34,590 bases of DNA from Chloroflexota bacterium (GCA_002719295.1 PBHC01000004.1:3240-37829), one strand, 5' to 3'; positions 20,109 to 27,975 are shown, counted from the first letter of the stretch. A program made the numbers and translations. The notes: generated from the letters alone by a model not told the origin.

Positions 20109-20999
20109 TCAATCTCCCAGCAGTGTTGACATTGTGACTCCAAGGGAGTCTGAGATTGATTTAAGCGAGCCTAGGGATACGTTTTGCTTTCCTTGCTCCA
20201 CTGCGCTTATAAATGTTCGAGCAAGTCCCGATTTCTTTGAAAGCTCGCTTTGGCTAAGATTTCTGTTTTTTCTTACCGTATGAATTTTATCTCCTAGTGA
20301 CAAAAGGACTGATTCTAAAGGCATCAAGGCGGGATTTGTTTCAACAAGAGAGTTTGCAACATATGTTGCTTTTAATGGATCGTCTGCAAAACCGTCAATA
20401 TACCTGTTGGTATCTTTTATCAATGATGCAGCGGGGCCTCCAATAATAACTTTAATATTTTTATTTAGTTCCTTAATGGATTGAATGGCCTCTTCAAGTT
20501 TATTGTTACTATTTGGAAAAGTAGATGATAAAAGAACAAAGTTAGGAACGGTTGTGTCTATATATTTTATTAAATCTGCATTTGGGATAGAGCTCCCTAA
20601 AAGCTCTACATTCCATCCGTCCCATCTAAAAAAATCTGCAGTCATATACAAACCAATCACATGAGTGTCATCCTCTATAGCCGACATAGATATTTTCATT
20701 CCATTTGGAGTAGGAAGCCTAAAATTGTTTCTAACCCTATCCATTAATAAGAGGCAAAATTGAGTCGCTCTATGCTCTTCAGTAATCAATATTTTCCCTT
20801 GATGCCATAAATTGCCTATATGGTTTAGAGAAACTCTAATCAAATCAAGGTAAATAACAGCAGGTGACCATTGCTGAGAAATCAACATTCGGGAAATTAA
20901 ATTAGCCTGATTATAATGACCATTAACCAAACTTGAAGTAAGCTGCTTAGAAACAGCCTGAATTTCAGTTTTAGGTGGCACGTACCAGTTTGAATTCAT
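20109..20999 (-). CDS. Cobalamin-binding transcriptional regulator: B12 cap domain + B12-binding Rossmann domain + C-terminal XRE HTH
   Basis: W-x9-EH (WHQGKILITEEH), DTHVIG base-off His motif and VIIGGPA. C-terminal RKNRNLSQSELSKKSGLARTFISAVEQGKQNVSLGSL is an XRE/Cro HTH. GAGGG Shine-Dalgarno present. Confidence 0.88.
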   Translation of the reverse strand: MNSNWYVPPKTEIQAVSKQLTSSLVNGHYNQANLISRMLISQQWSPAVIYLDLIRVSLNHIGNLWHQGKILITEEHRATQFCLLLMDRVRNNFRLPTPNGMKISMSAIEDDTHVIGLYMTADFFRWDGWNVELLGSSIPNADLIKYIDTTVPNFVLLSSTFPNSNNKLEEAIQSIKELNKNIKVIIGGPAASLIKDTNRYIDGFADDPLKATYVANSLVETNPALMPLESVLLSLGDKIHTVRKNRNLSQSELSKKSGLARTFISAVEQGKQNVSLGSLKSISDSLGVTMSTLLGD

Positions 21000-21026
21000 A
21001 TACCCTCATTTACTACTTACATGATT

Positions 21027-21035
21027 AGTATATCA
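21027..21035 (-). promoter_or_regulatory. Candidate extended -10 promoter (TG-A-TATACT) for the B12 regulator
   Basis: TGnTATACT about 27 nt upstream of the ATG at 20999. Confidence 0.4.
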
Positions 21036-21115
21036 GACAAATAATTATTTTTGCACAATATCTACATCTTTTATAAGAATATATAAGTATAAACAATTTA
21101 TAAAGGGGCAAGAAA

Positions 21116-21286
21116 ATGTCAATGTTATTAAAAATGTGTCCTAACTGTAAGGGCGACTTAATGGATATGGTAGATCAAGATAATTTTAGTATCTATAAAT
21201 GTGCTCAATGTTCGAGAGAGTTTTCAAAAGAATTGTTTAATAAAAAAGGAAATCATTCCCATGAAAATAGCTTCCACAAAGTCTAA
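21116..21286 (+). CDS. Small zinc-ribbon protein, 56 aa (not in ORF track)
   Basis: AAAGGGG Shine-Dalgarno, then MSMLLKMCPNCKGDLMDMVDQDNFSIYKCAQCSREFSKELFNKKGNHSHENSFHKV*. It has two CxxC pairs. Confidence 0.8.
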   Translation: MSMLLKMCPNCKGDLMDMVDQDNFSIYKCAQCSREFSKELFNKKGNHSHENSFHKV

Positions 21287-21431
21287 AGATTGCAAATTAT
21301 GCTCATTGCCAAAAGAAGAGCACATTTCAGATAAATCTTTTGGAGGAGTTTTAATTGGGTGTAAATTTGAAAATAATTTATTTAAAAATTATGTAAATAA
21401 TTTGAAAGAAGTTGTTAGTAAATGGATTTAG
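21261..21431 (+). CDS. Small Cys/His protein, 56 aa (start revised from 21201 to 21261)
   Basis: AAAGGA precedes the ATG at 21261. MKIASTKSKDCKLCSLPKEEHISDKSFGGVLIGC... gives C-x2-C-x6-H-x12-C. It overlaps both neighbours. Confidence 0.6.
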   Translation: MKIASTKSKDCKLCSLPKEEHISDKSFGGVLIGCKFENNLFKNYVNNLKEVVSKWI

Positions 21432-22144
21432 ATAATAGAAAAATAATTGCCTTTGGAGCAAGTAGTGATATGGCTAAATCTTTTCTTGAAAATAAATCTA
21501 TTGCAAACAATGAAATTTATGCCATCAGCAGAAATGAAATCTCTGTAGGTCAAAACATTAATTTCGTTAATGTTAAAAATTACATGGATGTATCAGAGGT
21601 AATCAAAGATATAGAAATAGAAAACAGTGAAATCTCAGTTGTAAATTTTGCAGGATCTGTAAATTTAAAGCCTCTTCATCTAGCAAAAGATGAAGAGATG
21701 TATGAAGTACTTGAAATTAATTTAATGTCTAATTTTAGGATACTTACTAGTTTACTAAAAAATAATATGAAATCACTTAGCTATGTTTGCTTCTCCTCCG
21801 TAGCAGCAAATTATGGATTACCTAACCACGAACTCATTTCTGCTGCTAAATCCGGGGTAGAAGGCTTAATAAGATCTTGTGCAGCCACATATGGGTATAA
21901 AAATTATAGATTCAATTGCATAGCACCTGGTCTAATAGAAACAAAATTATCTAAAAGAATGATTTCAAATGACAAATCAAGAGAGATGGTTAAAAACATG
22001 TATCCTCTTAAAAAGATCGGAGCTCCAATAGACATTGAAGAATGTTTACTTTGGTTGCTTTCCAATAGTTCATCATTCGTTACAGGGCAAACAATCAGCA
22101 TAGACGGGGGATTAAACAATATAAATTCAAGGATTTTACAATAA
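21422..22144 (+). CDS. Atypical SDR-family oxidoreductase
   Basis: GASSDMA, FAGSVNLKP, FSSVAA, ISAAKSGVEG (no catalytic Tyr in YxxxK), RFNCIAPGL and VTGQTISIDGG. Confidence 0.85.
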   Translation: MDLDNRKIIAFGASSDMAKSFLENKSIANNEIYAISRNEISVGQNINFVNVKNYMDVSEVIKDIEIENSEISVVNFAGSVNLKPLHLAKDEEMYEVLEINLMSNFRILTSLLKNNMKSLSYVCFSSVAANYGLPNHELISAAKSGVEGLIRSCAATYGYKNYRFNCIAPGLIETKLSKRMISNDKSREMVKNMYPLKKIGAPIDIEECLLWLLSNSSSFVTGQTISIDGGLNNINSRILQ

Positions 22145-22269
22145 TGAAAGAATATATTACCAAAACACCTAACTTAGATTATTCATATGATAACAATGTT
22201 GAAAACTTTATTTCTATAAATATAGAAAATGAGAAATATAATAGGTTGCTTCAAGAATTGTTTCATTAA
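22144..22269 (+). CDS. Possible small protein, 41 aa, coupled to the SDR
   Basis: TAATG stop/start overlap with the SDR. It reads MKEYITKTPNLDYSYDNNVENFISINIENEKYNRLLQELFH*. Confidence 0.35.
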   Translation: MKEYITKTPNLDYSYDNNVENFISINIENEKYNRLLQELFH

Positions 22270-22355
22270 TAAGTAATAATAATCTTAAAAAGCTTGAGTT
22301 GATTCAATAGGATATACAAGATTAGAATATAATAATTTCCATAATATTTTCTAAA

Positions 22356-23567
22356 ATGGCCTACTACTCAGATCTATTTAACTTAAAAGAAGAAAAGTTT
22401 TTTAAAAATCTAGCGCTATCAAGTATATATATTTATACTATAAGATTTATTGATTTTGCTTTAATAACCTGGGTATTAACTAATATAGCTAAAAGCCCAT
22501 CAAGTATTGGATTCCTTGTTTTTGTCAAATTTGCTCCAATGGTTTTTTCAGGTTTTATTTCAGGATGGTTAGTTGATAAATTTGCAAGATTAACTCTTAT
22601 TCGAGCTGTTATTGTTCTTACCTCTATGTATCTTTTATTTTGGTCCATATATCTTTTTTTATTTGACCCAAGTTTAACTGTTATTTTTCTACTAACATTT
22701 ATATCAGGAATATTAATAAGCTTAGATATCTCATCAAGACAATCTTACTTGGCAAATTTAGTTGGTAGAAAAAACCTTAAGGCTGGTATAGCTCTAAATA
22801 TAATTTTATTAAATGCTGCATGGTTTATAGGTCCAAATATCGGAATGTTTTTTATGAACTTTATGAATCTAGATAAACTATATTTAGTTCTCGTATTTGT
22901 TAATAGTATAAATTTATTATTTTTATATAAAATGCCTAAGTTATCTATTTCAAGATCAGAAAAAAATAAATACTCAGGGATAAGCAAAGGAATAAATTTT
23001 GCTCTCTCTAATAAAATTATATTTTCTACCCTTCTGATAATCTCTGTAGGAAACTTAACAGCATTCACATTCGAGTCAATGACCCCTTATTTTGCAAGAT
23101 TTATTTATAATGCAACTCCTGAACAGTTTTCTCTTATGATTTCTCTACAAGGGCTAGGCGCATTAATTGGGTCAATAATTTTTTTCCCTTTATTAATAAG
23201 AATTACAAGACCTGGAATAATTTTTGCAATGTCAACAATTATGCTGTGTATTGGAAGTTTCATTTTTACGACAAATAACTCATTTTTATCTGGGTGTATT
23301 ACTGTAGCAATTTTAGGTGCAGGGACAACTTTTTTTATGAATATGCATTCTAGAATCCTATTATCTCAAACCCCTAACCCTCTAAGAGGCAGAATACAAG
23401 GCTTAGCTCAACTAGGGATAGGATTTTTTCCAATTGGAAGTTTATTAGTTGGTCTTTTAGGAGACAATATTGGTATTCTTAATAGTATGAGAATATTTTC
23501 ATACGTAGGGATAATTACTACTGCAATAATATTAATATTCTTCAAAGAATTAAAAAATAAATTATGA
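22356..23567 (+). CDS. MFS transporter (about 12 TMS)
   Basis: GWLVDKFAR motif A, SRQSYLANLVG and LRGRIQG. Confidence 0.87.
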   Translation: MAYYSDLFNLKEEKFFKNLALSSIYIYTIRFIDFALITWVLTNIAKSPSSIGFLVFVKFAPMVFSGFISGWLVDKFARLTLIRAVIVLTSMYLLFWSIYLFLFDPSLTVIFLLTFISGILISLDISSRQSYLANLVGRKNLKAGIALNIILLNAAWFIGPNIGMFFMNFMNLDKLYLVLVFVNSINLLFLYKMPKLSISRSEKNKYSGISKGINFALSNKIIFSTLLIISVGNLTAFTFESMTPYFARFIYNATPEQFSLMISLQGLGALIGSIIFFPLLIRITRPGIIFAMSTIMLCIGSFIFTTNNSFLSGCITVAILGAGTTFFMNMHSRILLSQTPNPLRGRIQGLAQLGIGFFPIGSLLVGLLGDNIGILNSMRIFSYVGIITTAIILIFFKELKNKL

Positions 23568-24394
23568 TAAATAAAATAAAAAAAACTTTTTATATTAATA
23601 CTCTTATTATTGCTACTATATTTTTATTTTTCGGATGTAGCAACACATCAGATAAAGAAGATAAAACTATAGCCGCAACTCAAAACAATCAACTCAGAGC
23701 CTCCAATCAAATGCTGATGGAAGATAAAGACTATTCGAATATCTTTTGGATCAAGGGAACTGGTTCAGTTAAGCAAAAGCAAGATATTGTTGAGGTAAAC
23801 ATGGCTATTGAAAATAGAGATAAAGAAATAATAAATGCTACTAAAGTTGTTAATGAAAATATAAGTAAAATTATTAAGATTGCAGAAACTATTGGAATTG
23901 AAAAAGATCAAATAGTAACTTCAGAATATTCTATTACCCCTGTAACTAGATGGGTTGAAAAAGAAGATGAATATGGAAATTATGGAGAGAGTCAAATTAT
24001 TGCTTACAAAGTTTATAATTCTGTGATAATAAGTTCAGAAGATAAAGATAAAATAACTAATTTTATAGATAAAGCAAGTCTAGAAACAGGCAATTCATTT
24101 AGGGTAAATAATATAAGATTTAAAGCTAAAGTGAATGATGAAAATAAAATTTTAGCGAGAGAAAAAGCAGTCGATGACGCTACTAGCAAAGCTAAATTTT
24201 ATGAAAAAGAATTAGGTATAAAACTTGGAAAAATAATATCTTTTGAAGAATTTCAACCAGGTACTCCTATCAATAAATCTGCTTATGATATGCCTATGAT
24301 GAGAATGTCAGCAGAAGCAATGCCATCCACAGAATTATTTGCAGGGGAATCTGAAATAATTAGTGAAGTTTATATAGGATTTGAAATAGAATGA
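23564..24394 (+). CDS. SIMPL (DUF541) domain lipoprotein
   Basis: Lipobox FFGC, GTGSV, AREKAVDDA..KA and LGIKLGKI. Confidence 0.85.
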   Translation: MINKIKKTFYINTLIIATIFLFFGCSNTSDKEDKTIAATQNNQLRASNQMLMEDKDYSNIFWIKGTGSVKQKQDIVEVNMAIENRDKEIINATKVVNENISKIIKIAETIGIEKDQIVTSEYSITPVTRWVEKEDEYGNYGESQIIAYKVYNSVIISSEDKDKITNFIDKASLETGNSFRVNNIRFKAKVNDENKILAREKAVDDATSKAKFYEKELGIKLGKIISFEEFQPGTPINKSAYDMPMMRMSAEAMPSTELFAGESEIISEVYIGFEIE

Positions 24395-25050
24395 AGGTAA
24401 AGTTTTTATTATTTTTTTCAATATTATTAATAACTTCATGCAATCAGTTAGAAGATGATTACAACCTTTGTGATTCTAATAATTCTCTATGTACATTTTT
24501 TGAGATAAAATATCCAGAAATTTCTCAAATTACTGATGATAATGCACAACTAGCTGTTGAAGACTTAAATACTTATAGAATGTTAAGCAAAAATCACGAA
24601 GATGACATTAAATCAAATTCTGTTTTTGATTCTTATACAGAAATTTTTATACCCAGATTTTCCTACCATATATTAAATTTAGAAGGTTTAGAAAAGTTAT
24701 GGTTTGGACTTGCATTATACCCACTTGATTACAAAAATAATCTTTCTAGCGTAATAGATTTTTTTTATAGTGATGTACAATCTCTAAATGAAACTTTATA
24801 TGGGAATTGCACTAAGGATAAAGGTTCATATTTAGATTCAAAAAACAGTAAAATTTATAACTGCTTAAAAGATGGTGTAAAAAGTTACGATTTTTGGGTT
24901 TCTGATGAAGAATTTTTGTGGCGGATGAAATGTGTATGGGAAGATGATAAATTCGAAGGCATAAACCTAAATATAGTAAAATCTGAAATTGTAATATCTT
25001 CTGATACTTGCAGAAAATCATTTGAAAGCTTTAAGTCAAAAATTAATTAG
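24391..25050 (+). CDS. Hypothetical lipoprotein
   Basis: Lipobox ITSC and six further Cys that could form disulfides. ATGA overlap with the SIMPL gene. Confidence 0.65.
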   Translation: MKVKFLLFFSILLITSCNQLEDDYNLCDSNNSLCTFFEIKYPEISQITDDNAQLAVEDLNTYRMLSKNHEDDIKSNSVFDSYTEIFIPRFSYHILNLEGLEKLWFGLALYPLDYKNNLSSVIDFFYSDVQSLNETLYGNCTKDKGSYLDSKNSKIYNCLKDGVKSYDFWVSDEEFLWRMKCVWEDDKFEGINLNIVKSEIVISSDTCRKSFESFKSKIN

Positions 25051-26282
25051 ATTTTACTCGTTTTAAAATAATCAACAGCTTCTTTTAAAGAATCAATAAA
25101 GATGTCTATTTCTTTATAAGTATTATAGAGATAAAAGCTTGCTCTACAAGCTGCAACAATTTCATATGATCTAACTAATGGCATTGCACAATGATGTCCT
25201 GTTCTAATAGCAACTCCATATTTGTCTAGAATTTCTCCAATATCATGTGGATGAACAGAATTATGTGTAAAAGAAATTACCCCTCCTCTATTATTCATAT
25301 CAATAGGCCCAATAACTTTATAATCAGGTAATTCTTTTATTTTATCTAAAGCATAGCTTGTTATTTCATCCTCATGCTTTGCTATATTATCCATACCCAC
25401 TTCAACTAAATAATCTACTGCATAACCTGTAGCAATCGCATCTGCTATATTTGGAGTTCCAGCCTCAAATTTATAAGGTAAATCATTCCATTTTGCACCT
25501 TCATAAGTTACTTCTGAAATCATATCACCACCAAAATAAAAAGGATCCATCTTATCAAGTAAATCTTCTTTTCCAAATAGAACTCCTATACCAGTAGGAC
25601 CTAGCATTTTATGAGCAGAAAAAGCAAAAAAATCACAATCTATTTCTTTCATATCAACTGAAAAATGAGGAGCACTTTGAGCTCCATCTAAAACTAATAT
25701 CGTACCATTTTTCTTAGACATTTCTCTTAATTCATGTATGGGATTAATGACACCCAATACATTAGACATATGAGTAATTGCAATTATTTTAGTTTTTTTA
25801 TCTATAATTTTTTTAGCATTATCTAGATCAATTCTTCCTTCTAAATCATGATCTAAGTATCTTAATTCAGCATTCTTTTCAAAGCACAATTGTTGCCAAG
25901 GCACTAGATTTGAATGATGCTCCATTCTTGAAACTACAATATTGTCCCCCTGATTAACTTCTTCTTTTAAACCTATTGAAACAATATTTAAAGACTCACT
26001 TGTATTCCTTGTCCAAATAGTTTCATTTGGGGACGCATTAATAAAATTAGCAACCTTTACTCGTGAATTTTCATATTCGTCGGTTGCTTCAACAGATAAT
26101 TTATGAACACCTCTATGTACATTTGAATTGTAGTTAGTGTAATAGTCATTTAATGACTGAATTACTAAATTAGGTTTCTGAGAAGTTGCAGCATTATCTA
26201 AATATACAAGCTTTTTATTGTTCACTTGTCTATCTAATATTGGGAAATCATTTCTTATTTTTTCTATATTGAAATTTGCCAT
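25047..26282 (-). CDS. sufS: Cysteine desulfurase, SufS group II
   Basis: YLDNAATSQKP, MEHHSN, DGAQ, SAHKMLGPTG (PLP Lys), FEAGTP and RTGHHCAMP (catalytic Cys). Confidence 0.96.
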   Translation of the reverse strand: MANFNIEKIRNDFPILDRQVNNKKLVYLDNAATSQKPNLVIQSLNDYYTNYNSNVHRGVHKLSVEATDEYENSRVKVANFINASPNETIWTRNTSESLNIVSIGLKEEVNQGDNIVVSRMEHHSNLVPWQQLCFEKNAELRYLDHDLEGRIDLDNAKKIIDKKTKIIAITHMSNVLGVINPIHELREMSKKNGTILVLDGAQSAPHFSVDMKEIDCDFFAFSAHKMLGPTGIGVLFGKEDLLDKMDPFYFGGDMISEVTYEGAKWNDLPYKFEAGTPNIADAIATGYAVDYLVEVGMDNIAKHEDEITSYALDKIKELPDYKVIGPIDMNNRGGVISFTHNSVHPHDIGEILDKYGVAIRTGHHCAMPLVRSYEIVAACRASFYLYNTYKEIDIFIDSLKEAVDYFKTSKI

Positions 26283-26303
26283 AATTTTTCCTGAGATACT
26301 TAT

Positions 26304-26312
26304 ATTTTAACA
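26304..26312 (-). promoter_or_regulatory. Candidate extended -10 promoter (TG-T-TAAAAT) for sufS
   Basis: TGnTAAAAT about 21 nt upstream of the sufS start, with AGGA in between. Confidence 0.4.
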
Positions 26313-26331
26313 TTAAATACCAAAAAAATTA

Positions 26332-26340
26332 TGTTATTAT
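26332..26340 (+). promoter_or_regulatory. Candidate extended -10 promoter (TG-T-TATTAT) for the Cys leader and yeeE operon
   Basis: Ends 8 nt before the leader ATG at 26349, with no Shine-Dalgarno in between. Confidence 0.5.
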
Positions 26341-26348
26341 ACAAGTCT

Positions 26349-26420
26349 ATGAATATAAGAAATTTAACAAATAACGGATGTATCTGTTGCTGTTGTATGA
26401 ACAGCTCCAGGTTTCTTTAA
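26349..26420 (+). CDS. Cysteine-rich leader peptide, 23 aa: MNIRNLTNNGCICCCCMNSSRFL
   Basis: ATG at 26349, then TGT ATC TGT TGC TGT TGT at 26379-26396, and TAA at 26418-26420. It lies directly upstream of a sulfur-transport operon. Confidence 0.85.
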   Translation: MNIRNLTNNGCICCCCMNSSRFL

Positions 26421-26479
26421 TTTGTTTTAATTTCAAAAATAATACAAAATTTAGAAACCCCTTAAACGGGGTTTTTTTT
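26379..26479 (+). promoter_or_regulatory. Putative cysteine-responsive ribosome-mediated attenuator
   Basis: A Cys codon run is followed by an antiterminator pairing, GGTTTCT (26410-26416) with AGAAACC (26453-26459), which competes with the terminator stem. Confidence 0.78.
26453..26479 (+). terminator. Intrinsic terminator in the leader of the yeeE operon
   Basis: Stem AAACCCC (26455-26461), loop TTAAAC, stem GGGGTTT (26468-26474), with a T8 tract at 26472-26479. Confidence 0.8.
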
Positions 26480-27721
26480 ATGGAAAATTTAATGTTAAAA
26501 ACAGAAAAAATAAAAGTATCAAATCAAAAAATCTTAGGTTGGTTATTTTTTGTACTAGTATTTATATTCTCTTTTGCGATATCACAAAATAATTTCTCTG
26601 ATGCGGCTATTTGGATTGCAGCATGTGGATTAGGTTTCACTCTGCAAAAATCTAGATTTTGCTTTGCATCATCTTTTAGGGATTTATTTATGTTTGGATC
26701 TGGTCATAATATGAAGGCTGTACTTTTAGCAATGTCTATAGCTTCTGTAGGTTTTGTGGGAATATTAAAATGGATATTGCCAGATCCTGTTCCAGGCGAA
26801 TTTCCTTCTTCTGCACATGTGCTTCCATTTGGTTTTTCCACATTAATTGCAGGTACTGTTTTTGGCGTAGGCATGGTAACAGCAGGAGGATGTGTTTCAG
26901 GGACAATATATAGAATAGCAGAAGGGTATGTTGCTTCAATTGTCACAATGATAGGGATTTTTATAGGCACAATTTTATTAGTAATCACTTGGGATTTTTG
27001 GTGGGATAATTTTATAAGCAATGAACCAAAAATCTTTCTACCCTCAACTCAATCCATAGGTTATGGATTTTCATTATTAATTACTATGCTTGGAATTATT
27101 TTAGTATATTTCCTAGTTGTCTATATTGAAACAAAATCTGGTGTTGGCAGTTTCTCTATATCAAAAAAATCTGAACTTAAATCTAAAAGTTTCTTTGAAA
27201 CAATCAAGCAAAATATTGATACATTATTCTCAAAAAGCTGGACAGCTTACTCTGGAGGAATTGCTCTTGGGTTTATTGGAATAGTTTATTTTCTATTTCA
27301 TTCTCCACCAGGTGTAACCGGTGAAATAATGAAACAATCAATGAATATTGCTCAAGGTATAAACCTTTCAGACGGACCTTTAAAAGGAATAGCTTCACTT
27401 AGCGGGTGCTTGGGTTCTAGTATAGAATCAGGTATTATATCTCATACTTTCGTAAGTACAGTAGGAGTGTTCTTTGGAGCCTTAGTTTCAGCATTGCTTT
27501 CTCAAGAATTTAAAATAAGAACTCCAAAAGAAACAAAAAGATATGTTCAATCATTATCTGGAGGAATTCTCATGGGATACTCTGCAAGCCTTGGAATCGG
27601 TTGTACTATTGGGGCATTCTTTTCAGCAATACCTTCATTCTCTTTATCAGGATGGCTTTTTGGAATAAGCCTTGCAATGGGGGCATTTATTGGAACTAAA
27701 ATCATTAAATTTATAGGATAA
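26480..27721 (+). CDS. YeeE/YedE-family sulfur-compound (thiosulfate-type) transporter (start revised to 26480; 26492 is an alternative)
   Basis: Two sulfur-transport repeats with the conserved Cys motifs SRFCF, AGGCVSG and GIGCTIG. The ORF-track start at 26378 runs through the leader and terminator. Confidence 0.92.
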   Translation: MENLMLKTEKIKVSNQKILGWLFFVLVFIFSFAISQNNFSDAAIWIAACGLGFTLQKSRFCFASSFRDLFMFGSGHNMKAVLLAMSIASVGFVGILKWILPDPVPGEFPSSAHVLPFGFSTLIAGTVFGVGMVTAGGCVSGTIYRIAEGYVASIVTMIGIFIGTILLVITWDFWWDNFISNEPKIFLPSTQSIGYGFSLLITMLGIILVYFLVVYIETKSGVGSFSISKKSELKSKSFFETIKQNIDTLFSKSWTAYSGGIALGFIGIVYFLFHSPPGVTGEIMKQSMNIAQGINLSDGPLKGIASLSGCLGSSIESGIISHTFVSTVGVFFGALVSALLSQEFKIRTPKETKRYVQSLSGGILMGYSASLGIGCTIGAFFSAIPSFSLSGWLFGISLAMGAFIGTKIIKFIG

Positions 27722-27723
27722 AA

Positions 27724-27975
27724 ATGAAAAAAATAAATGAAATAAACTTAATTAAAATTCCAGTAAAAGATCAATTATTAAGAATAAATGAAATCTTAGA
27801 AGAACTATTTTCTAGTAATGGTGGCATCGGAAACTGTAGTAAAACAAAAATACTAACGACTGATGAATTACTTGTAAAGTATATTCCACCAAAAGCAGTC
27901 GAAAAAAAAATCAAAATAAAAATCAAATATGTTGATGATATCTGGCACATAACTTTAGAAAAGGAACAAAAATGA
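27724..27975 (+). CDS. TusA-like protein lacking the CPxP motif
   Basis: Aligns by eye with the next gene: IPPKAVEK vs IPPQALKR, WHITLEK vs WKITLTK, LRINE vs LKTNE. Confidence 0.65.
   Translation: MKKINEINLIKIPVKDQLLRINEILEELFSSNGGIGNCSKTKILTTDELLVKYIPPKAVEKKIKIKIKYVDDIWHITLEKEQK

Noticed and set aside
21000..21115. CarH-type operator of 11-bp direct repeats
   Set aside because: ACA cores occur at 21019, 21037, 21055, 21064 and 21093. The spacings of 18, 18, 9 and 29 do not give an 11-bp period.
26378..26479. ORF-track N-terminal extension of YeeE (MYLLLLYEQ...)
   Set aside because: It runs through the Cys leader in another frame and through the terminator, and has no Shine-Dalgarno. A start at 26480 or 26492 fits better.
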